Shown here: in pieces, positions 45,669-55,700 of the stretch
How positions within the stretch are numbered: the first letter of the stretch is position 1
Layout: every line of letters starts with the position of its first letter
The notes under the pieces: generated by a model
Told to the model about the DNA's origin: nothing
What the model saw: the letters and a program-made list of their open reading frames with translations, nothing else
The model's database searches: none
Virus record (IMG/VR): IMGVR_UViG_3300034691_000040
Coordinates: 32,001 to 96,000 of that record
Source: a virus
Direction: 5' to 3' (one strand)
Length of the DNA stretch: 64,000 nt
Translations under genes and position numbers: made by a program

Positions 45669-46139
45669 ATGACAAGACGCAGTCGGTCTACACGATCTAC
45701 GTTTCGAGAGTTGCTTCAAGATAATACCAAGAAGATGGACAAGAGTGAAAACATCCCCGCTCACTTAGTACGGGACATGTTGCTCACCCATGGTATCTCA
45801 CCTGCCCAGTGGGACAAGATGGCGGATCAGTATTACCGAAAGGTTAACGCTAATTCCAAAAATGAAGTCGACCTGCTCAAAGTCACTCATGACAAGAGCA
45901 ACATGGCCAAAGCTTTGGCTAAAGACACCTTACCTTGGAGACGGTGTGAATCAACCATCCAGATCCTAGGTCCTGTCAGTTATAAAGTGAGTATTGAACT
46001 TACTTTCGCTAACGGTGTCACGTACAAGCACGAAGTGTTCAAACGCAACAAGTACTACGAGCCTGATGCGGTTGAAGGTGACGAAGACGAACAGGCTGAA
46101 GATATCGAAGATGAGCCGAAGGAAAATGACGATGAATAA
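45669..46139 (+). CDS. Hypothetical protein with acidic C-terminal tail (156 aa)
   Basis: AAGGA RBS; D/E-rich tail. Confidence 0.62.
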   Translation: MTRRSRSTRSTFRELLQDNTKKMDKSENIPAHLVRDMLLTHGISPAQWDKMADQYYRKVNANSKNEVDLLKVTHDKSNMAKALAKDTLPWRRCESTIQILGPVSYKVSIELTFANGVTYKHEVFKRNKYYEPDAVEGDEDEQAEDIEDEPKENDDE

Positions 46140-46605
46140 GCCAGCCCTGCCAGATCCTACATTGGACGGAGTTGACCATATCCGCATCGACCTTAATGCC
46201 ACCAGTCGGTTAGGTCGCAAGCTTCCCCTGTTAGCTGATGTACGGGTTACTCACCCTAAGCATGGTATCTTCCGCACAGCCCAGGGTTTGTGGGAGTACC
46301 TGAAGGTTGAGAAAGATCTCGAAGAACTCAAAGCGGCAACTGGGTTTGAAGCAAAGAAGATCAGCAGTCGACATACACCCAAGTGGAGCAAACGGTTTAA
46401 AGAAGATGTAAAGACCGCGATGGTTTCGAAGATTGAAGACAACATCGAGATCTACGTCGCCTTCGCAGAAAGCTCGTTACCGTTTCGTTATTACCACATG
46501 CAGCGCAATCGTAAAATCATTGAGCCTAAAGAAACACTGTGGCTCACTGAGTGGCTCGAAGAGTATCGGGCTGAAGTAAAAGCACGAATCAGTAAAGTTA
46601 AGTAA
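46132..46605 (+). CDS. Hypothetical protein, distant NADAR/YbiA-like N-terminus (157 aa)
   Basis: AAGGA RBS, ATG 46132. GRKL...HGIFRTAQGLWEYLK loosely resembles the NADAR pattern, but key residues differ. Confidence 0.5.
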   Translation: MNKPALPDPTLDGVDHIRIDLNATSRLGRKLPLLADVRVTHPKHGIFRTAQGLWEYLKVEKDLEELKAATGFEAKKISSRHTPKWSKRFKEDVKTAMVSKIEDNIEIYVAFAESSLPFRYYHMQRNRKIIEPKETLWLTEWLEEYRAEVKARISKVK

Positions 46606-46612
46606 GCGTTAG

Positions 46613-46657
46613 CGCCGACCGGGGAAACCTGGTCGGCGTATGCCGCATTCTTTTTTT
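46613..46657 (+). terminator. Hairpin-TATG family member
   Basis: CGCCGACCGGG-GAAA-CCTGGTCGGCG then TATGCCGCATTCTTTTTTT. Confidence 0.78.
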
Positions 46658-46688
46658 GTTTATCATGTGAACGTTACTGAGGATTTAG

Positions 46689-47699
46689 GTGATGGCTAGT
46701 CGTTTGGCAGGAACCGTATTTCAAACCAATGGTCGTGAGGCCATGTTGGCTCAAGATGCCTATGGTATCTCCAACCAACAAACCAAGAACACCGTATTCG
46801 ATTCACTGAAAGGAGTTTATTCGGAGGGTATTTCAGGACTCCAAACAAACCCATCGTCCATCAAGCAACTGACCCAACTGATCCTGAGTTCTAAAAACGG
46901 TAATGTCGATAAGGCAGACATGCTTGACAGAGCCCTTAGCGCTATGGGTTCGTCACTTCCTGCGCTTATCGGCAGTATCGCAGGTGGGGTTAAGAACCAA
47001 CTGGCCGGTGCGGCAGGTACTCTGATCGGACCTGGTGCCGAAAAGGCTGTAAACGTTGTTTACGGGAACCTTGGGAAGATTGTTAAAGTTGCAACCGTCA
47101 ATGACCTGAGTGGTCTGGCTGACGTTCTTAACGAACTGACGGGTAACAGCGAATTGATGAAGGTCATCAACATCGAAGCGGAAGCTGCGGTGCTCGGTGG
47201 TCTGATGGGGATGTTGATTCAATACGACATTCCTGGTCTTCTCGATGACGTCGCTAACATGGCAGGTAGCTCAGAGTCTTTGAAGCTGGCTTACCAGTAC
47301 GTCTCTACAGACTCAATCGTCGGAACCGACCTTGCGACCATCAACCGGGTGATTGATAAGATTGGCCTGGCTGCGTATTTGGAAGTAAACCCAAATCCTA
47401 TCAACACGATCTTGTCCGGATTCTATTTCGGTACGGGCGATACCGTCGACACATACCCGACTAAGCGTGCATTATTGATCAGTACGCTGAATCGTATTGA
47501 CCCTCATTGGGAGGAGTACAATCGTAACGGTGTCTACGTCAAGAACCTGAGTGCCTTTTCAGTCGCCAGCACTGACGCTAAAACCCTGCTTAACTTAGCG
47601 GAGCCTGAATCGATCCTTTCAATGATCGCCCCATCGTTCTTAGCCTCTAGCGTATCACAAGTCATCAAAGCGCTTTATCCTGACGCTTACGTTACCTGA
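46689..47699 (+). CDS. Virion structural protein (tail/baseplate)
   Basis: 336 aa, convergent with the baseplate hub-like gene. RLAGTVFQT N-terminal motif. Confidence 0.55.
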   Translation: MMASRLAGTVFQTNGREAMLAQDAYGISNQQTKNTVFDSLKGVYSEGISGLQTNPSSIKQLTQLILSSKNGNVDKADMLDRALSAMGSSLPALIGSIAGGVKNQLAGAAGTLIGPGAEKAVNVVYGNLGKIVKVATVNDLSGLADVLNELTGNSELMKVINIEAEAAVLGGLMGMLIQYDIPGLLDDVANMAGSSESLKLAYQYVSTDSIVGTDLATINRVIDKIGLAAYLEVNPNPINTILSGFYFGTGDTVDTYPTKRALLISTLNRIDPHWEEYNRNGVYVKNLSAFSVASTDAKTLLNLAEPESILSMIAPSFLASSVSQVIKALYPDAYVT

Positions 47700-47702
47700 C
47701 AG

Positions 47703-47735
47703 CATAGAGCCCGGCCGCAATGGCCGGGCTCTATG
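47703..47735. terminator. Bidirectional hairpin-TATG family member
   Basis: CATAGAGCCCGGCC-GCAAT-GGCCGGGCTCTATG between convergent genes; nearly identical to 4851-4881. Confidence 0.8.
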
Positions 47736-47738
47736 ACG

Positions 47739-49703
47739 CTATGGTCTATCTGTAGGGCGAGATACCGCTTTCACGATATCACCGATCATGCCATTCATCA
47801 AACCACTCACAACACGGTCTGGAGACTTCCATTGGTTATACTGCGCTCTTGCCTTAGCCATGTTCAACTGCCACTTGCGTGTGCTGTTAATCATGCTGTT
47901 AAGCGGTAAGCCGCCCAAGGTCGCCATGTAGTCCGTATATTTGTTATCTTCGCTGTAGGTGGATTTGGAAATAGCGTTGACGGCTGTGGTAGCCGTGTCA
48001 GTACTAACACCTACAAGTTCAAGTGCTGCGGTTGTAGCGCCTTGCAGACCACTGAACGCTGGGTTAATCGGCATACTCATAATCGTAGACAAGTCTACGA
48101 TCGTAACATGCACATCAATGCCCAGTACGTGACCACCTTGCTTCCAACCCACGTCACCCACACCACGTTCGATTGTCAGTGATTCAACCATGCCTTCACG
48201 GATCAACGTGTGACCTTGGTTAAACACTTCCAGCAAAGGAGGGCCGTCGTAGGACGCCATACCCGTAGCGCGAGGCAACGACATGGCCATAATGCCACCC
48301 AGCGGAATGAACAGGTTCTTCAACCGTACCCAATCATCACCTGCCCAAGACCGCAGTGGGATAGTGAACGAGGTTCTGTTCAAGTCAGCCGAAGATGACT
48401 CGTACATCTTTTGGATGTCAGCGAAGGAGTTACCCGCCAAAGCAACCAGACCTTCCAACTGGGCAGACTCAAGGATGCCTTTAGCGACGTTAGAGATCGC
48501 AGATACTGCAGCGCCCATGAAACCTGCCACGTTGCCATCCGCCAAGTTAAACCGAGCCATCCGCGCTTTAGAACTCATCGCGTTGATTTCAGTCTTGATA
48601 GATGGTTCAGTGGTCTGGTTGTTAAACGAGTCACTGTTGGTGGGTGTGAAGTTTACACGTAGGGTAACGAAGTCAGCGCCCATGTGACGTTCTGACTGAA
48701 ATGACTCACCCGCCTTCTCCCACCAGCCTTGGTCGTTGTTCTCATCCGGATAGATTTCCGACTTTGACGAATTCTTCGCTTCGTACTTGCCGAGGAACGC
48801 GCTGTAGATGCGTTCGTAATCCGCCATCGACGCACCTGGGTCATCAAGACTGATCAGTTGCGTGTCGACACTGTCAAAGACAATGCGGTTGAACTCATCA
48901 GCGCGTTTTGCAGGATCGCCCGTCAGGTTGTTCAGCGCATCATCCATCTTGTCCCGGTACCGGTTTGCGAGACGCTGAGGTTTTGTCGACATGCGGAAAA
49001 CATCAATCCCGCCATCGGTCATTACCACACCGTCATTAAGCACCCGGTTCATAGAGCCAACGTCAGCTTTATTCGGAACGGAACCTGGATCAAAATAACG
49101 TTTTTGCATGTCGTTTGTAAAGTGAGGAGACAGACCCAAGTTCACAAACATGCCGTTTACAAAACCACTGTACGCCAACCAGTACGAGTACATGGCAGGT
49201 TTCAAGTAGTAGTACTTCGATCGTGGCATGCCGACGAAGAACTTAAACATGCTGCCGGCCAGAATGAATGGCTGCAAAGGAATGGTGCCTATGAAACCTG
49301 CAACCTTACCGATGTTAAACCACACATCTGGTGCCCGACCAGTACGTGCCATCGAGCCAGCATGGATGTTGTAGAAGTTACCGAAGAAGTTGGTCAGTGA
49401 GTTAAACTGAGGGACCCCGCAACGGATGTGAACCAGTTGGGAGTTATCGTCAAGGATTTCACTGTACCACCGACCCATGGGTTCAGATCGGGCAAAAATG
49501 GAGGGGTGGCTAATATCACAGTTCTCTGTGAATTGCGACAGTGGGTTGATCGCCCAATGACCACCCAAGGTTGTATCGATAAACTTTCTGGACGATGATG
49601 TCCGGAACCTTCGGTTGTTATCCACCGAGTCAGACAACGAACTAGGGGGTGCTAAAAAGGCATGGCCCGCCCAACTCTTGTCTAGCACGTATTGACGCGC
49701 CAT
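47739..49703 (-). CDS. Baseplate hub-like structural protein (phiKZ gp182-like)
   Basis: GAGGAG RBS before ATG 49703 (MARQYVL). KFIDTTLGGHWAINPLSQF motif; directly downstream of the tape measure gene. Confidence 0.65.
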   Translation of the reverse strand: MARQYVLDKSWAGHAFLAPPSSLSDSVDNNRRFRTSSSRKFIDTTLGGHWAINPLSQFTENCDISHPSIFARSEPMGRWYSEILDDNSQLVHIRCGVPQFNSLTNFFGNFYNIHAGSMARTGRAPDVWFNIGKVAGFIGTIPLQPFILAGSMFKFFVGMPRSKYYYLKPAMYSYWLAYSGFVNGMFVNLGLSPHFTNDMQKRYFDPGSVPNKADVGSMNRVLNDGVVMTDGGIDVFRMSTKPQRLANRYRDKMDDALNNLTGDPAKRADEFNRIVFDSVDTQLISLDDPGASMADYERIYSAFLGKYEAKNSSKSEIYPDENNDQGWWEKAGESFQSERHMGADFVTLRVNFTPTNSDSFNNQTTEPSIKTEINAMSSKARMARFNLADGNVAGFMGAAVSAISNVAKGILESAQLEGLVALAGNSFADIQKMYESSSADLNRTSFTIPLRSWAGDDWVRLKNLFIPLGGIMAMSLPRATGMASYDGPPLLEVFNQGHTLIREGMVESLTIERGVGDVGWKQGGHVLGIDVHVTIVDLSTIMSMPINPAFSGLQGATTAALELVGVSTDTATTAVNAISKSTYSEDNKYTDYMATLGGLPLNSMINSTRKWQLNMAKARAQYNQWKSPDRVVSGLMNGMIGDIVKAVSRPTDRP

Positions 49704-49735
49704 AGCGAACTCCTCTTGGGTTAAGCGAAAGAGGT

Positions 49736-49755
49736 GGGGGCGGTTTCCCACCCCC
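49736..49755 (-). terminator. GAAA-tetraloop hairpin after the tape measure gene (weak terminator or stabiliser)
   Basis: Minus strand GGGGGTGG-GAAA-CCGCCCCC then ACCTCTTT. Confidence 0.5.
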
Positions 49756-49761
49756 GTGTCC

Positions 49762-52700
49762 TCAGGTTACAGCCCCGGTACGTCTTGTGTTGATGGGCTC
49801 TTTGCGTGCAGGTTCGAACTGGCTTGGCTCAGGTGCCTGCTTTCCAGACCCGGAACTTTTATTGATCATTTCAATCAACTGGTTCCGAATGTCAAGGATG
49901 TTGGTGTCCATCGACTGCAGTGCCGTCAACTGTTGCTGCATCAGAACGCTAACGCTCTCCGCAGATTCAGCTTGCTGTTTGTAGTTCTTATCCACAGTGT
50001 CCTTTGCAACCGCCCGTGTAGCTGACGGAGTTGGGGCACTCTGCGGAGGAGCTTGAAACGAAGGCGCCGCTGTACCATTATCGAAGTCACCCGCTGGCGT
50101 AGCTTGAGCCCCACCAAACGCACCGGCTCCAGGAGCTGCACCATTTACCTCTGCCGCTACATCAGACGGGACAGGGGCGCCGCTAGCTGCAGTCGGGGTA
50201 GACGCCGCAGGACTGCCCGACGCACCACCATTTGCTGCTGCTGCCGCATCACTTGCAGCAACGGCCGCACCTGCGGAAGTCGGACCGCCGCCATCTGAAC
50301 CATCACTGGCAGTTGCACCAGACGACATGATTGGCAATCCATTAGCATCGGTTTTAACACCAATACCACCCTGTGGTGCTTTTTCCGCACCAATACCGGC
50401 TTTCTTACGGCCGATCTGGATACGACGCTGGAGTTCCTGCTTGACCTCACCAACTGTCCGCATCCGCCCACCTTCCATGAAGACAGATTGGTTGTTTCTG
50501 ATCGCCGCATCGCTAACGTACCCAGCTGCGGATTCGTTATTAGGTGCTGGCAAGAATCGCTTCGCACCACCGAGACCCAAGAAGTGAGCTGCGTAAAGGT
50601 CGACGTCGCTGACGTTACCGCCAAGCATGCCAGTGAGCCCTTCGTAGTTCTCTTTCAGGTAGCACGCACCCAAGATGGCGTTAGCACGAGGATCGGACGG
50701 CGGGGTGTTTGGAGCAATGCCGTACGTATCGCCGTACTTGGTCAGCATGTCACTCCAGGTACCCGATACGAATTGGAACAAACCAAACGCGATACCCGAA
50801 GAAGCAGTAGGGTCCATCCCGGATTCTACCGCTGCGACGTTGAGTGCAATCTCCGGATCGAAGCCAACCATGTTAGCCGCTTGAGTGATGATCGGACCCA
50901 TGGCTTCCACACCTTTGCCGGTGTTATTAGGGAGCGAGTTAATATCGCCACCTGTACCACCGCCTGGATGTTTCACCTGCGTCCCTGCCGGACCGTTCAT
51001 CAACATGGCACCGGTGCCATAACCGACCGACTGACCTTTAGCCCCACCCGCTACTGCGCCTTGACCATAGATCTTAGCGTAGTTGCCGAGAGTAGGACCT
51101 GACTGGTTTACCCCGGAACCTGAAGCGTTTGCACGCTGGTTACCGAGCGCTGTGTTAGTCAGCGTTTTGCCGTAGTCATTAGGGTCTTGGTTCTTCTGAG
51201 CCTCCATCCCTTTAACGTCGAGTACTTTAGCGGTGTCTTCCCTGTCCAACGCATCGATGTAAGCTTTGGTAGCACCTGCCATCGATTCAAGCATCTCACC
51301 CGGCCATGGCGTATTACCCACTTTCCAGACTGTGGTTTCACCCATCGGTGTATCAACAACTGTGCGGGTCATTTCATCCAGCACTTGACGCATGGCTGGT
51401 CCAGTCAAGTTTCTCGCAGCATCTTTAGCGTCACCGTTATAACGACGGCGTACAGAGATAGCGTATTGCAGGAAGGCGGGAAGGAAACGGAACCTTACCC
51501 ACTTCTGCACGTCGGCGCGCTCGTTTTCATTAGACGGCTTGAAGATGTCGATTACTCGGGCTTCAAGGTCATCCGTGTTACCATTGAGCGTTGCCTTACT
51601 GGTCCCCATGTAGGTGAGGACAGGCCAGTAGATCTCTTCCACTTTCTGAAGCTGGATACACTTGGAAAGTTTCATCTCCTTTATACCGTACGTGATGTAA
51701 CGCACAGCGGTTGGGATATCGAGACTTGTCTGGATGTTAGCCGCGGATGCAACCCCGGCAGTGCCCATTGACATACGACCGGTACGTAAGGTTTGCTTAA
51801 TAATCAAACCGCGAGCGATTTGGTTAGCGTCCCCTGTACCACCTGGCGTAACCGCAACCGTTGCGGCCTGGATTACACCGGCTGGGTTACCGAGACCAAC
51901 GGCCATATCCGTTCTGGCCTTTTTCTCATCGTTAGCGGTTTTACGTTTACCCTTCACCATTTTAATAGCGCTGTCGACATCATCCGCGTCTTCAGTCAAA
52001 TCGCCATCAAAAGGAGAGGTCGCCAAGTCATTGTACATGGACTGCATGCCGGTGGCGTCAACAATGCCGAGGAAGGCGTCCAGATCACTGTCACCTATGC
52101 CTGTGTCGACACTTGTGAGATCTGTGGTCTTCCGGATGCGCAGCATGGCAGCGCAGTGAGCCAAGTAGACGGGTTTGAAGCGGTTCTGAATCCAGCTGAA
52201 GAGTTTATTCCTTCTCCCTTCATCTGTCGCGTCAAAGAGTTCAAGAATCGAATTCAGTTCCATCTTGCTTGGATCAAGCTGTGGGTTTCCGCTACTGTCT
52301 ACAACCGTACCCCGTCTCACGTTCCCTTCCAGCTGGATCATGGCGTTGACACGTTTTTCATCAGTTGGGTTAACACCGTACTGAGTCATCCGAAGATAGA
52401 TCAGCGGGTATTCTTTAGCCTGTTCTGATTTGTAGTACTTGTAACCACCATACGCAACCGCACCGACGGCAAGAGCACCGAGCACCACAGGTGCTGTCAG
52501 AAGACTGGCAAGACCAACAGCCGCTTCGGTAACGAATGGAGCGGCTACAGTAGCTGCGGCCCAGGCTCCTCGCCCTAACCAACTACCCGCTTTAAGCAAT
52601 GAGGCACCGCCCGGTACCTTCCGCATAAGTCCGCCAGCTTTTCCTTTTAGCCAACCGCCAGCCCTAGCAAGCTTCCCTACCTTACCAGCTTTGCCAGCTT

Positions 52701-55700
52701 TCCCTTTACCTCCCTTGCCGGCGTCTGCGATATCTGCAATATCGCCAGCATTTTCCAACATGCCGTTTTCACCAGCTTCTTCGGTCGTCTCTCTGAGCTC
52801 TTCCAGCTTCTCATCGAGATTCTTGTTCATTTTCTTGATGGCGTCAACAATGCTCTCAGCGCCTTCCATAGCGCCTGCGCCTACAGCGCCAGCTTTTGCA
52901 GCCAGCTTGTCTTTACGGCGTTTGAGGATGTCCTGCCACGACCAATCACGAGTACCGTCACCATCGTTATCACCGTGGACACCTTCCTGGTCCCAACGGG
53001 ATTTCATGAACTCAAGAATCTGAATCTGCGTCTGAAGCTGATGGCTACCGATCTCTACAGCAGCGAGCGACATTTCGTCATCAAGCATCCCAACGGCACC
53101 GTTTTTGAAACGACCCATTACGAAGTTCTTAATGCCGCGGCCAATACCACCGACCATTTTAGCGATTCCTTTATAGAACCCCATGGCCTTTTGACCGTAC
53201 CACTTAGCCGCCTTACCTGCCATGATCGCAGTACGTGCCGACATGCTGATCAGCCCACTACCAACGGTGTACAGCAGCGACCCATTGACGGTGTAAAACG
53301 ATTTGTACTTATCAATCTCATCCTGAGAAACGATTTCCTTACGGTTACCCTCATCGTCCATCTCGTAGACTGGACCTTTGATATCCTTAAGGGTTGTGAT
53401 CACAGCGCCAGTGGCAGTGCGGTACGCCCCTTTCTTCATGAGGACCGAACGGATACGAGGCTCAGTGTCACCTGGCAGGTATGCGTCGAACTGAGTGAAC
53501 TGGTCAAGCACCACCCGTCCGACCGCTTTGCCAACTTTCCACATCGTGCCGTAAGTGCCGCTGATGTAAGCTTTTGCACCACGGGCTAACAAACCACCCG
53601 CTGAAAGACTGAGGTGTGAGAAATAACCAGCCAGGGATTCACCAGTGCCGCTATAAAGGCCAGCATCGATATCTTCCTGAGTCAGTACCACCTCATTGGT
53701 CCGAACGTCCTTAACGGGACCTGTGATGTCTTTAAGCTTAGTGATCACTTTCTTGCTGTCGATATCGAAGTAGTAACCCTTACGAATATCGCGAGCCAGC
53801 ATGATCGGAATGTCATCACCAGCCTTGTGGATGTCGCTGATGCCAAAACCATCCAGAGCTTTGAATGGGAACTTAGCCGCACCCCACACGGCTTTAGCTG
53901 CCTCACTTGACCCACCGAAGATAGCGCCGTAACTAAACTTCAAATACTTGCCAAACATACTCCCTGCTTTAAAAAGAGTATTCTTAGCAGCACGGGCAGT
54001 ACCACCGGCACCTTCACGGATACTCGCATCGTACCACCGGCGCTTGATCTCAGCGATTTGTTCAGCGATGGCATCGTCCATGCTACCGCCACCACCTCCG
54101 GCATCTGGAGCGCCATCGGGACCTGGCGCTCCACCGCCACCACCGCCTTTACTACCGGCGTTAGGGATTAGCTGAGCAATCAGTTCAAGCAACTGACTAC
54201 TCTGCCCACTCAGCCCAATGATGGCATCCAAGCGAGAATGGGTTCCTTCGTCCTTCACGTTGAGGATTTCAGGCCATTCGATCTGAACGGCTGGAGTGCC
54301 ATTGGAAGGACCCGAAGGTTTACCAACAATAGACCGGCCGAGGTTACGGGTGAGTGGTTGATTGAAGACGTCAAGACCATTGTTATTAGCGCCGGTGCGA
54401 AGCTTCTCTTCCTCATCCGCAAGTTTTTTCTTTTTAGCCACCATGAGTACACGCCACTGTTCTGGCGTCATGGCTTTCTTAAGCTTCTCCTCATCTTTAG
54501 GGTCGAAGTCATCGGTGCTGTTAAGAATGAGGTCATAAACCTTATCAAGGTCGATCACATCACCGCTGCCATTGAATCGACTCAGACCCAGCTCGCGCCA
54601 AGTCCTACGACCAACCACGCCAGATAGCTTATCCATCCGCGTACCAAACTCTGGCAAACGGGATTGGATTTCAGAAAACCTGTCACTTACATCGAGACGG
54701 TGTTTTTTGGTTTCCTGAGACTGATCCATTTGATCGCCAGACGGAGACAGTCCAAACTTATTGGCGAAGAACTCGATCAGTTCATTGGCAATATCTTCAG
54801 GTTCATTCTTCCACGTTTCGATTTTAACGTAACGGGCTGGTACGAACCTGTGTGCGTTAGCCATGTCTTTCATCAAGGCGCGACGTAGAGCTTTCTTCGC
54901 GTCCAGCGAAAGATCACTTGCACCCATTTGACGAAGCAGACCATCGACGCTTTGACGAAGTGCGTCACCACCACCTTCCAACAGAGCGTTTTTGACGTGC
55001 TGTTGATTCAGGGTTGACCGGTTAACAAAACCGCCGGAGTAATGACTGTACGCAACCTCTTCATGGTCCTCGCCAGTCACCAGCACTTTCAAAGACCTGT
55101 CCATGCTGGCCATGAGACCAGGCATGATGTCAGTCACGGACTTGTAAAACAGATTGTCCATGTACGCAGGTTTATCAAGATCGGTGATCGCCGTGCCTTT
55201 AATGGAACTGGTAGCTGAATAGGTATCCAGCATGCCTTTAAGCGATTCTTCAGCAAGCCCTACCCAGTCAGACCGAGTCCCTTCCGACTTAGCGTATTCG
55301 TTCAACCGTTGTGGAATAGACGACAGGATATCGCGCAGGGTGTTATCGCCCTTTGCCATGTGCTTGTTGTTTTTAATGTTTACGCCATAACGGTCAGACA
55401 GCAGACTGATCAGGTACTCAACGCCTTGGGCCGCGGCTTGACCTGCGAACTGACCCAACATGTCACCAACCATGTGACTCTTAGACATGCCAGGCATGTC
55501 CATGTCCTTAAACATACTGAACGCGTTTAGACCGGCCCCTAATGCATTGCTGGCGTTATCCTTCATCCCGCCAAAGTACTTGGTGGTGAAGTTGTTTACA
55601 GAGTCAATAGCACCACTGGCGAGTTTAGTCGACAGTTGCTGCTTCAACACCTCACCATGCGTCATCTTGGCGAAGTCAGGCAGTGCCGTGTTCTCAAGGA

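Noticed and set aside
6040-49751. 5'-extended ORF-track starts (6040, 9741, 24253, 31786, 44718, 45214, 45994, 49751)
   Set aside because: They overlap neighbouring genes or terminators; downstream ATGs with better RBSs or spacing were used instead.
50040-50300. Ala/Pro/Gly-rich low-complexity DNA and overlapping short ORFs in the tape measure gene
   Set aside because: Explained by a flexible linker in the protein; no tandem DNA repeat unit.
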